NCBI GenBank assembly: GCA_048939015.1
Contig: JBHLPW010000064.1
Location: 1 to 25,927, forward strand
Direction: 5' to 3'
Source: Promethearchaeota archaeon
GTDB lineage: Archaea; Asgardarchaeota; Lokiarchaeia; Sigyniarchaeales; SOKP01
DNA length: 25,927 nucleotides
The stretch's first letter is position 1. The number at the start of each line of letters is the position of its first letter. The notes under the pieces were generated by a model, which was not told the origin of the DNA, did no database searches, and worked only from the letters and a program-made list of their open reading frames with translations. Shown here one piece after another: positions 1-9,200 of the stretch. A program made the translations under genes and the position numbers.

Positions 1-38
1 ATTAGAGCCCGTAATGGACTCCATGCAAATGCGGCCAT
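1..38 (-). CDS. Archaeal histone, 5' part only (runs off the window edge); not in the ORF track
   Basis: Minus strand from ATG at 38 reads MAAFAWSPLRAL(M/I), with a GGAGG Shine-Dalgarno (SD) at 47-51. FAWSPxRxLM matches my recollection of Lokiarchaeal histone helix 1 (equivalent to LPxAPIxR of HMf histones). Only 12 codons are visible. Confidence 0.75.
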   Translation of the reverse strand, partial: MAAFAWSPLRAL

Positions 39-546
39 TTTTTATTCCTCCACTATATTTTATTAAATTTTTATACTTTTTTTTAAAGTGTATTTAAATT
101 TTAATTAGTATTTCTTATATTTAAATGTGTTGTTTGATCATTATGAATCCGATAAATCTGATCATTCAAATTCAGTCGACAAAAAAAATTCATAGAAAAA
201 ATTTCTTAATTTTTTACTAGTGAATTCAGATAGTTGGAAATATTCAATTTATGATTTCAGATGATGCAATTGTATGATCATCTTACAAAACTTTATTATA
301 CTTTGGTGTAATCTATCAACCAATTAGCCAGAAATATTATAGGAGATAAAAGATTGACCAATAAAAAGCTGAGAAAATTTAAATCCTCACATTTTCAACC
401 CAAAAGATAGAACATTTCAAAAAAATTAATTCTTAAACATAATTTTTACTTATACTTATTTAAAATATTAGTAATTTCTTATTAAAGTAATTACATATTA
501 ATTAAATTAGAATAAAATAATTTAAGTAAAACAGGAGCATGAATAT

Positions 547-1617
547 ATGATTGAAAATAATCCAATAATTTTGGTGACTTCAGATGTCCATTTAGGATCT
601 TTAGATTGTGAAATTGATTTATTTATTCAATTTTTAAAGGAAATAATTGATGGAAAATTTGGAAGGAATATACAAGCTCTTATTATATTGGGTGATTTTA
701 TTGATTTATGTATGGATGTCCCGAAAACTCTTTTAAAAAGGGAAAAAATCCAAGAAATTTTTACTCTTTTACTTAATATTAAGAAGTGGACTAATCTTAT
801 TTTTGTAATCGGGAATCATGAAATTCCTGTTACTGGAAATTACGATGAAAAGTTTAAACGTCGAACAATTAAATTTTTAAAAAGATTTGAGAATAGTAAT
901 TTTAGTGAATTATTTGATAATGAACTCTACTGTCAATATCTATTATTAGAGAAGTGGAATAATGAAGATGCTCTTTTATTGTATGATACTCGAGAAAAAA
1001 TTGAATTAAATCCAACCAGATTAATAAAAATTAAGGGTCTTGATTTAGAAAATGATTATTGTTGTTTTATGACACATGGTTATCAATTTGATGGTGATAT
1101 GTATCGATTTTTTGTAGGACAGATATGGAAATCTTTAATTTCTAACAGTAAATTCGCACTTAAAGAAACCTACGATTATTTTTGGAACAAGGTTATAAAA
1201 GAGGGAAGAAAGATCAAGCCCATTACATTTGAACAAATGAAAAAAGAGTTAGCTGTCTTAAAAAGTAAATCAATAAACGAGATAGATGCCTCTTTTTACG
1301 GATTAAGCTACGTAGAATTTAACATAATCAAACTTAATATGCGTATTATGAAGAGATGGGAGCGAACAAGTAGTCCTAATTCATACTTTGATGAAATTAA
1401 AGAATTTTTGGAAGATAAAGATTATAATTTTCCAAAAGTCACCCATGTCATATATGGCCATACTCACCATAGTGGATTAGCTTATGGAAATATAAACAAT
1501 TTAGAGGTTGAAATAGTGAATGATGGATCTTGGCAACACGTACAACCAACTTATGTGAAAATTAACACAAGAGGCAGATTAAATCTAAAAGCTTTTCCTA
1601 ATAACATAAAATCTTAA
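547..1617 (+). CDS. Calcineurin-like metallophosphoesterase (LpxH-like family)
   Basis: All five MPP motifs present: SDVHLG, GDFID, GNHE, THG, GHTH. AGGAG SD upstream. Confidence 0.9.
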   Translation: MIENNPIILVTSDVHLGSLDCEIDLFIQFLKEIIDGKFGRNIQALIILGDFIDLCMDVPKTLLKREKIQEIFTLLLNIKKWTNLIFVIGNHEIPVTGNYDEKFKRRTIKFLKRFENSNFSELFDNELYCQYLLLEKWNNEDALLLYDTREKIELNPTRLIKIKGLDLENDYCCFMTHGYQFDGDMYRFFVGQIWKSLISNSKFALKETYDYFWNKVIKEGRKIKPITFEQMKKELAVLKSKSINEIDASFYGLSYVEFNIIKLNMRIMKRWERTSSPNSYFDEIKEFLEDKDYNFPKVTHVIYGHTHHSGLAYGNINNLEVEIVNDGSWQHVQPTYVKINTRGRLNLKAFPNNIKS

Positions 1618-1643
1618 TAGATTTATTTAAAAACGTATAAATT

Positions 1644-2108
1644 TCATAGCTCTAATTTAATTTTTGGATCTTTTTTATCAGCATAGAAAAAACGACCAGA
1701 TCCCATTACATCTACATGTCTGAATACAATTTCATTAAACTCTAGAGTATGAGACTTTATTCTTTCTAATTTTCTTAATGAATCAACTTTTTCAATAGAA
1801 TTAGAATTTAATATGAGTTTTACCATTTTACCTAATTCAGAGAGGAGTAGCTCCTCTTCGGAGGGATAGTATTGATTTGGATCTGCTCCTATGATAATAT
1901 TTCCTGGCTGATACTTTCCAGGGTTTTTTTCTGCTGCAACTTCATATTTTTTGAAATATTTTATAATTATTTTAAGCTTTTCTAACAGTGGCTCACCGAT
2001 TTCCGTTAAGATTTCAAAGACGAATGAAGTGGGGTTTTTTAAATAATCATATATGGTATCTGGAGATAGTTTTGGTTCATAATCTGGAAATAAATCTTTT
2101 TCATTCAA
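1644..2108 (-). CDS. Hypothetical protein, 154 aa
   Basis: Long ORF in AT-rich DNA, TTG start with GGTGG SD upstream. No family recognised. Confidence 0.75.
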   Translation of the reverse strand: MNEKDLFPDYEPKLSPDTIYDYLKNPTSFVFEILTEIGEPLLEKLKIIIKYFKKYEVAAEKNPGKYQPGNIIIGADPNQYYPSEEELLLSELGKMVKLILNSNSIEKVDSLRKLERIKSHTLEFNEIVFRHVDVMGSGRFFYADKKDPKIKLEL

Positions 2109-2219
2109 ATCTTATGTACCACCCATTTATATTCATAACTTAAAAAATTTATAAATCTGAGTTTTTACTTTTAATATATTAGATTAGATTTTTAGAATAA
2201 ACGATTTTTAATTACTCTA

Positions 2220-2828
2220 ATGAATAATCAAATAAAGCCACTCTCTGAGATGGATGAGTCTGAAAAACCTATTTATATTTTTAAGATATGCATTCTAGGC
2301 CAGGAAAGAGTCGGTAAAACATGTATCGCTAAGCGATTATGTTTTAATACTTTTGATCTTCATACAAAGGAAACATTAGGGATTGAATTTTACACAAAAG
2401 ATATTCCAGTTATGGTTAATAGTGAACAAACTTTTGTAAGATTAAGCATATGGGATTTCGGTGGACGTGAACAATTTAAAAAACTGTTTCCTTATTACAT
2501 TAACGGTGCAAATGGAATTTTTATGGTATTTGATTTAGTTGATATCCAAACTTTATTAAGATTGGATTGGTGGTATGAGAAACTCAATGAGTATAATCAA
2601 GGTATAACTCCTCGGATGTGTATTGGAGCGAAAAACGATCTTGTTAAAACTGCTGATGAGAAAACGAAAATAGAAGAATTAGCAATTAAAAGATTCATGG
2701 AAAGGCATAAAGAAAAGGATTTTTATAGAACATCTTCAAAGAACAATTTAAACATTGATTTAATTTTTAAAGAACTTGTTCTTAAAATATTGGAGAAAAA
2801 TGGATTAGATTACACTCGATTGCTATAA
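2220..2828 (+). CDS. Rab-like small GTPase (Ras superfamily) with atypical G3/G4
   Basis: G1 GQERVGKT, G2 ETLGIEF, G3 WDFGGRE, G4 AKND, G5 TSSK. RabF-like segments RLSIW, YYINGA, MVFDL. No C-terminal prenylation cysteines. Confidence 0.93.
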   Translation: MNNQIKPLSEMDESEKPIYIFKICILGQERVGKTCIAKRLCFNTFDLHTKETLGIEFYTKDIPVMVNSEQTFVRLSIWDFGGREQFKKLFPYYINGANGIFMVFDLVDIQTLLRLDWWYEKLNEYNQGITPRMCIGAKNDLVKTADEKTKIEELAIKRFMERHKEKDFYRTSSKNNLNIDLIFKELVLKILEKNGLDYTRLL

Positions 2829-2844
2829 AAAATTTTATATTAAT

Positions 2845-3822
2845 TTAAATTAGGATGACCATTACTCCTATAACCGTTAATATTACCCCTATAAATCCCC
2901 ATTTTGTAATTTTTTCTTTATTAACAAAATAAGTTAAAGGAAGTGCAAATAAAGGGCTAGCACTTGCTATTAATGCTACAATATTAGCTCCTGCTATATG
3001 CACGGATTCAGTATAAAGATAAGCCCCAAGTGAAGTACCGATTATTGAAGCTATTAATAATATTATCCATGAACGAAGTGATTTTTTGTAGGAGAGAGAA
3101 TTTTCATTTTTATTCTTGACATAGTTTTCTCTCAATACCATTGATCCAAGAATCAGTAAAGCGAAAGGAAACCTGATTGCATTTCCTATAACAGAACTTA
3201 ATTCTTCTATTTGAGTGATTTGATCTATTTGTACTGTTGCGAATTCAATTAACACTGCACCAATAGCCCATCCAATTGCTGCAGTAAAACAGAAGCTTAT
3301 AGGCTTTAAAAAATCAGTTTTAAAAATCTCTTGGAATCTATATCTATTTGAACTTTGAATTTCTATCTCCTTTTTTTCTTTTATAATTTCATTGCTAATT
3401 TTTGCTTTACTTATAATAATTACTCCAGCTCCAATAAGAATCAAGGAAAATATTAAATTGAGTTTAAACGGTTCATTCAAAAAGAGTAGAGACAAAATAA
3501 ATGTGAAAAAGGGAAAAGTCATAGAAATTGACAGAGTAATTGTAGTTCCAAGTTCTTTTTGAGCAGTAAAATACGCTGTATCACCAATAACTTGGCCAAA
3601 AACAAAACTTAATATTAACAATAGCCATAGGTTCCATGGTATTATAAATATAAGATTTAATTTGTTCAATAATAAAATAATCAAGATGAATGATAAAGTC
3701 CCAATCCCTGTTCGAAAGAAATTGATATATGTCGGAGAAACTTCATGCTCTGTTTTACGAAACAATACATTAGAGCTTACAAAAGTTAACACAGCTAAGA
3801 TTGCAATAAGTTCTCCTATCAT
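2845..3822 (-). CDS. DMT/EamA family transporter
   Basis: About 10 hydrophobic helices in two repeats, with EamA signatures LFLNE...GAGVII and FVNKEKIT...GVILTVIGV. Confidence 0.9.
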   Translation of the reverse strand: MIGELIAILAVLTFVSSNVLFRKTEHEVSPTYINFFRTGIGTLSFILIILLLNKLNLIFIIPWNLWLLLILSFVFGQVIGDTAYFTAQKELGTTITLSISMTFPFFTFILSLLFLNEPFKLNLIFSLILIGAGVIIISKAKISNEIIKEKKEIEIQSSNRYRFQEIFKTDFLKPISFCFTAAIGWAIGAVLIEFATVQIDQITQIEELSSVIGNAIRFPFALLILGSMVLRENYVKNKNENSLSYKKSLRSWIILLIASIIGTSLGAYLYTESVHIAGANIVALIASASPLFALPLTYFVNKEKITKWGFIGVILTVIGVMVILI

Positions 3823-3909
3823 TGGAAATATAAATTAAGTAATACATAAATTGTTTTGCATTATCAAATGTTTTATTTTAACAATAATGAATGATAAATT
3901 CCTGTAATT

Positions 3910-5361
3910 TTAACTACTTTTTCTAGATTGTTTCTTACCATATTCATATAATTTTAAAAACGATTTAGCAGCTGCCTCAATTGTAGGATAAACTATAAAT
4001 TTATCTTTCTTTAATATTTCACTAAAATTTGTCTGAGATTTACTCGGATATTGGTGTAAAATAATTATAAATATCTTTCCATTTAACTCAACATAATCTC
4101 TCAATTCAATTAGGTTATTATAATAGTTTTTAAAGCGTTCATTTTGCCTATCTCTCCAAGCATCAGTTTCAACTATTACTAAATCTATAGTTTCATCTAT
4201 CGCAGCTTTAGTTAAATCCAAAAACTCTTTTCGATGTGTTATCCAAGGTAGATCAAAAGGATTTGATAAACTACCTATTTTTATAGGAAAAATTTCTCTT
4301 AATCTTTCTAATTTCTCTCCTTCAAAATAGGGTAATTCAATACCTAATTCTGTTAATGTGTCCGTAGCTAAGATTCCAAAACCTCCAGACCATAATATAA
4401 CTAATGCCCGTTTAGATTTGGGATAAGATAGATTGCTATTATTTTTCAGTGTTGGGATAAAATTCGAAAAAAGATAAGTATAATCTATTAATTCATCCAA
4501 AGAAGGAGGTACGTCGAGTATCGGTGTCTGTTTAAATATAGATTCCCATATATTCCTTCTTGTAGCTAATGCTCCCGTATGTGTTAAAACTGCCGATTGG
4601 CCTCTAGTCGTTCTTCCACCTCTCATAAACAATACAGGTTTTTTCATTAGTTTCATTACTTTGAATAAATTTTTGCCTTCATTTTTATGAAAAGATGAAA
4701 TTCCTTCGAAGTAAACACAAATTATATCAGTTTCATCATCATTATTGAAAAAATCAAGGATTTCTGAAATCTGGATATCAATACAATTACCAATACTTAT
4801 TCCAATAGAAAATCTAAGGTTGTATCTTTTTGAGCCGAATTTTATTAATTTCGAGTGTAAGTCTCCAGATTGAAAAATTAGACCGATATTTCCTCGTTCG
4901 ATAGGAAACGATGAATAATATGCGGTTTTTCCTCGTGGACTATATAAACCCATACAATTGGGTCCTATTGCTCTTGTATTCTTATAAGTATCTAATAAAT
5001 CTTTTAATTTTCGCTCAATTTCAAATCCAAAATCGTCAAATTCGCCTGTACCAGCAGTAAAAATATGAATAAATCTTACCTGTTTTTTTGAGAGAATGTA
5101 TTCTAAAGATTCTAGAAGTAATTCTCTTCTTATTGATAATATTAAAAGATCAATTTTATCCTCTGGAAATTCATCAATCGAACTATGGCATCTAATACCT
5201 AATATCTCTTTTTCATTTGTTGAAATTAAAAATAATTTATCTAAATCAAAGCCTTGTCTTTTAAATCCTTCTACAAAAAAGGAAATTTTTTGGGTTATTT
5301 GATAAATTACAACATTTTTAGGATTAAATAATCTTTCTAATGAGGTTCTACTATCTTTCAT
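3910..5361 (-). CDS. Acyl-CoA synthetase (NDP-forming) alpha-subunit family, CoA-binding protein
   Basis: GPNCMG, QSG, GNCIDI, phospho-His loop HTGALA, SGGFG and NPFDL. The probable start is ATG at 5361 (MKDS), overlapping the upstream gene; the track's TTG at 5379 overlaps the GAGG SD. Confidence 0.88.
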   Translation of the reverse strand: MKDSRTSLERLFNPKNVVIYQITQKISFFVEGFKRQGFDLDKLFLISTNEKEILGIRCHSSIDEFPEDKIDLLILSIRRELLLESLEYILSKKQVRFIHIFTAGTGEFDDFGFEIERKLKDLLDTYKNTRAIGPNCMGLYSPRGKTAYYSSFPIERGNIGLIFQSGDLHSKLIKFGSKRYNLRFSIGISIGNCIDIQISEILDFFNNDDETDIICVYFEGISSFHKNEGKNLFKVMKLMKKPVLFMRGGRTTRGQSAVLTHTGALATRRNIWESIFKQTPILDVPPSLDELIDYTYLFSNFIPTLKNNSNLSYPKSKRALVILWSGGFGILATDTLTELGIELPYFEGEKLERLREIFPIKIGSLSNPFDLPWITHRKEFLDLTKAAIDETIDLVIVETDAWRDRQNERFKNYYNNLIELRDYVELNGKIFIIILHQYPSKSQTNFSEILKKDKFIVYPTIEAAAKSFLKLYEYGKKQSRKSS

Positions 5362-5959
5362 TGGTGTTCTTTTCCTCAAGATTTATTGATAGATCGGCAT
5401 TACATTTATAACAATATCTAGGAATAGAGTCAAATTTAGTTCCGCATTTTGGACATATTGATTTGATTTTACCAGCAATGGTAGATACATCATCAGTTTG
5501 AGTCCCTATTTTATCTATGGTAATTCTTTTTAAAATTATTGAAATGACAATTGAAAAGATAACTATTGCGATTCCGAGCAAAATTGTCTGTAATATATGA
5601 AATTGAAAATTAATATCAAAATATTCTTCAGAATATCTCCATAAAAATATATAAAGAAAGAAATTTGGGAAGAAGAATGTAATTAAATTCATAGAATAAG
5701 CTTTTTTGAAATTATTATAAAGGAATATTGGGAGTAAAGATATCAATATCCAACCTATGTATATGAAGCATAAACCTGATAAATCGTTAAATAAAACATA
5801 GTTCGCTAAAAATTGAATAATTACCTGTCGTTCTATTGATATATCAATATCGAAATTAATATTAAAAACATAGCCAAAACCATAGATAAAAAAGCTTAGA
5901 ATTATTATTTGAATAAGAAATATAATTATTTTACTGCGAAAAAAATCAATTAACCTCAT
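5351..5959 (-). CDS. Membrane protein (about 4 TM) with C-terminal zinc ribbon
   Basis: Hydrophobic segments followed by CPKC-x10-CYKC. Overlaps the start of the acyl-CoA synthetase gene, suggesting an operon. Confidence 0.82.
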   Translation of the reverse strand: MRLIDFFRSKIIIFLIQIIILSFFIYGFGYVFNINFDIDISIERQVIIQFLANYVLFNDLSGLCFIYIGWILISLLPIFLYNNFKKAYSMNLITFFFPNFFLYIFLWRYSEEYFDINFQFHILQTILLGIAIVIFSIVISIILKRITIDKIGTQTDDVSTIAGKIKSICPKCGTKFDSIPRYCYKCNADLSINLEEKNTNER

Positions 5960-6088
5960 CTATGGTTAGTTAAATGTACCATTAAATTAAATTCTTTTAA
6001 AAACAATAAAAAGATGATTTTTTCCAGTTAGAGAAAAAAAAATAAAAGAGTAAACTAGTCTAAATTAAATTAAAGACTGCCCAAAATA

Positions 6089-6103
6089 GAAAAATTTTTA
6101 AAA
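6089..6103 (+). promoter_or_regulatory. Putative BRE/TATA promoter of the rpoA1 operon
   Basis: GAAAAA followed by TTTTTAAAA, about 155 nt upstream of the rpoA1 ATG. AT-rich background limits certainty. Confidence 0.45.
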
Positions 6104-6125
6104 TTTGGTGTCTTTATTCACCTAT

Positions 6126-6206
6126 AGTGGAAGACTCGTATTCTCATTTTTTAAGATTATCAGTTTATTACTGCTATAGAGGATGTTTTCTCCCATGAGT
6201 CTCACT
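6126..6206 (+). promoter_or_regulatory. Putative structured 5' leader RNA of rpoA1
   Basis: AGTG-GA-AGACTCGT (6126-6139) pairs with ATGAGTCT-CACT (6195-6206): 12 bp, one G-U, 2-nt bulge. It encloses small hairpins at 6161-6173 and 6179-6192. Confidence 0.4.
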
Positions 6207-6256
6207 TCTTCTTCAAGTATTATGAATGGAAATAACTATATAGAGGTATTTTTGGT

Positions 6257-9178
6257 ATGAGTTACACCTTCTCTAGAACAAAGATGATTGAAAAAATTAA
6301 ATTTGGCCTTCTCAGTCCTAATGAAATACGTAAGATGTCAGCTGCTCGTATAATCACGGCAGATACGTATGATGAAGATGGTCTCCCAATTCCAAGTGGA
6401 CTTATGGACCAAAGATTGGGTACAATCGAACCTGGCCAGCGATGCCAGACTTGTGGCAATTTAGTAAGCAATTGTATGGGACACTTCGGCCACATTGAAT
6501 TAGCTCGGCCAGTCATTCATGTAGGTTATGCAAAAAAAGTCTTAAAAGTTTTAAGAAGTATATGTCCTGAATGTAGCAAGCTAATGCTCACTGAAGATGA
6601 AAAAGAGAAATTTAGACAGGAGCAATTAACTCATAGAAAAATATTTTTTGAGGGTGATGAAGATGCAGCTAAAATTGTGTTTAAAAGAGCGAGAAAGTCA
6701 AAAATTTGCCCCTATTGTGGAGCGATAAAAAAGAAAATAATTATTGAAAAACCAACTACTTTTTATGAAGAAGAAGAAGGAAAAGGTTCACGAAGAATAA
6801 CACCTATTGAAATATTGGAACGTTTAAAAAAGATTGGAGATGTGGACCTAAGAATCCTTGGTATTTCTCCAGAAAACGCTAGACTTGAATGGGTAATATT
6901 TACAGTACTACCAATCCCTCCTGTTTGTGCAAGACCATCGATCACTTTAGATAGTGGTATTCGATCTGAAGATGATTTAACTCATAAACTCGTGGATGTT
7001 ATCCGGATTAACCAGAGATTACGAGAAAATATTGACGCAGGAGCACCTCATTTAATCGTTGAAGATCTCTGGGAATTATTACAATATCACATTACAACTT
7101 ATTTTGATAACCAAGTTTCTGGTATCCCTCCTGCTAGACATCGCTCTGGTAGAGCACTTAGAACATTAACTCAAAGGTTAAAAGGTAAGGAAGGGAGGTT
7201 TAGAAGTAATTTAAGTGGTAAAAGAGTCGACTTTTCTGCCCGAAGTGTAATTTCACCCAATCCATATATTAGTATTAATGAAGTAGGAGTTCCAATAGAA
7301 ATAGCAAAAATCTTAACAATTCCAACAAATGTTAATGATTGGAATATAGAAGAGATGAAACAAATGGTCTTAAATGGACCTTTTAAACATCCAGGTGCGA
7401 ATTATATAATACGTAATGATAGAAGAAGGATTGATTTACGTTATGTTAAAAACCGAAAAATCATTGCTGATATGTTGGCACCAGGTTTTACAATTGAACG
7501 GCATCTAAATGATGGAGATCTCGTATTATTCAATCGACAACCATCACTTCATAGAATGAGTATAATGGCTCATGAAGTAAAAATAATGGTTGGAAGAACT
7601 TTTCGACTTAATTTGACAGTATGTCCCCCATATAATGCTGATTTTGATGGCGACGAAATGAACTTACATGTACCGCAAAGTGAAGAAGCACGTACAGAAG
7701 CAGAATTACTTCTTAAAGTTCAAGAACATATACTTTCACCTAGATTTGGTGGACCAATATTAGGTGGAATTCAAGATTTTATTTCAAGTGTATTTCAATT
7801 TACTAGTAAAGATTCATTGTATAATAAAAAAGATACTCTAATATTGCTATATTTTGGAGATGTTTATAAAAATAATCCTGATTTTAGTTTAGATCAACTT
7901 ACTCCCATAACTAATGACCCAGAACCAATGTATTCTGGAAAAGATATTTTCAGCACACTTTTTCCTAATGATCTGAATATTAAAGTGAAATCAAAATTCT
8001 GTAAAAAATGTGAAGTTTGCACAGAAGAAGATTGCGAATTTGACGCATATGTTGTAATTAAAAATGGAAGATTAATAACTGGAACCATAGATGAAAATTC
8101 ATTCGGTGCTATGCAATCAAATAGTATTTTGCAACGTATCATAAAGGATCATGGTAATGCACTTGGAAGACAATTTTTGGATAGTGCAACAAAAATGCTC
8201 CTATATGTTATTCGGAAAAATGGAATAACTATGGGTTTGGATGAGGTATATGTTCATGGGCATGCATATGAAGAAATTGAAAAAATATTGAAAGATGCAA
8301 ACATTGAATCTGAGAAATTAATCAATGCATTCTACGAAAATGATACTAACATTCTTAGAAGAGCACCAGGTCGTTCAATGAGAGAAACATTAGAATTAAG
8401 AATTAGACAAGTATTAGCAGAAGCAAGAAAAAAAGCTGAAGAAACTGCTGCAGAATTCATTGGAGATGAGGCACATTCTGTAATAATGACTAAATCTGGT
8501 GCTCGAGGAAATATATTGAATTTAGGACAAATGTCTGCAGTTGTAGGTCAACAAGCGATAAGAGGAGAAAGAATTAATCGAGGTTACAGTATGAGGACTT
8601 TACCACATTTTAAGGTTAACGATCTCACACCCAAATCTCGAGGTTTTGTATCTTCTTCCTACAGAAATGGATTAAAACCAGTTGAATTTTTCTTTCACGC
8701 GATGGGAGGAAGAGAAGGATTAGTAGATACTGCAGTTAGAACCTCTACCTCTGGATATATGCAACGTAGATTAGTAAATGCATTACAAGATATGGTTGTT
8801 GAAAATGATGGCACTGTGAGAAATTCGGATAAAAATATTATCCAATTCAGATTTGGAGATGATGGTATTGATGCTATGCACACTGATCATGGTGCTGCAG
8901 TAAATTTGGATGTTTTATTATTAAAAGCTAAAGCCTTAGATGTTGCAGGAGTACGAACAGAACTTAAAAAGGACTCTACAAAGCAAACTTCTGCTCCAAA
9001 AGGGAAAAAAGTATCTGTAAAAAAACCTGAAAAACCTATAGAAAAAGCTCCACAAAAAGATGTGCCTGATGATGAATCTCTAATGCAGGAATTCGAAGAA
9101 GAAACAGGTAAAAAAGCAATTTGGAGAGGAAAAGAAACTAAGGCATATTTAGATTGGAAAGAAGAAAGAATAGGATAG
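6257..9178 (+). CDS. rpoA1: DNA-directed RNA polymerase subunit A' (Rpo1N) with C-terminal extension
   Basis: Catalytic NADFDGD, zinc-clamp CQTC...[23 protein letters not shown], bridge helix [20 protein letters not shown]. Confidence 0.99.
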   Translation: MSYTFSRTKMIEKIKFGLLSPNEIRKMSAARIITADTYDEDGLPIPSGLMDQRLGTIEPGQRCQTCGNLVSNCMGHFGHIELARPVIHVGYAKKVLKVLRSICPECSKLMLTEDEKEKFRQEQLTHRKIFFEGDEDAAKIVFKRARKSKICPYCGAIKKKIIIEKPTTFYEEEEGKGSRRITPIEILERLKKIGDVDLRILGISPENARLEWVIFTVLPIPPVCARPSITLDSGIRSEDDLTHKLVDVIRINQRLRENIDAGAPHLIVEDLWELLQYHITTYFDNQVSGIPPARHRSGRALRTLTQRLKGKEGRFRSNLSGKRVDFSARSVISPNPYISINEVGVPIEIAKILTIPTNVNDWNIEEMKQMVLNGPFKHPGANYIIRNDRRRIDLRYVKNRKIIADMLAPGFTIERHLNDGDLVLFNRQPSLHRMSIMAHEVKIMVGRTFRLNLTVCPPYNADFDGDEMNLHVPQSEEARTEAELLLKVQEHILSPRFGGPILGGIQDFISSVFQFTSKDSLYNKKDTLILLYFGDVYKNNPDFSLDQLTPITNDPEPMYSGKDIFSTLFPNDLNIKVKSKFCKKCEVCTEEDCEFDAYVVIKNGRLITGTIDENSFGAMQSNSILQRIIKDHGNALGRQFLDSATKMLLYVIRKNGITMGLDEVYVHGHAYEEIEKILKDANIESEKLINAFYENDTNILRRAPGRSMRETLELRIRQVLAEARKKAEETAAEFIGDEAHSVIMTKSGARGNILNLGQMSAVVGQQAIRGERINRGYSMRTLPHFKVNDLTPKSRGFVSSSYRNGLKPVEFFFHAMGGREGLVDTAVRTSTSGYMQRRLVNALQDMVVENDGTVRNSDKNIIQFRFGDDGIDAMHTDHGAAVNLDVLLLKAKALDVAGVRTELKKDSTKQTSAPKGKKVSVKKPEKPIEKAPQKDVPDDESLMQEFEEETGKKAIWRGKETKAYLDWKEERIG

Positions 9179-9200
9179 TTTAATAACAAGGGATTTAATT

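Noticed and set aside
14-24. ATGGACTCCAT palindrome sharing the 9-bp core of the TTGGAGTCCAA operator
   Set aside because: It lies inside the histone coding sequence (Trp-Ser-Pro codons) and its flanks differ; coding constraint is a sufficient explanation.
7990-8050. Cys-rich CKKCEVC...C segment in RpoA'
   Set aside because: A metal-binding insertion at this position is a known feature of archaeal A' subunits.
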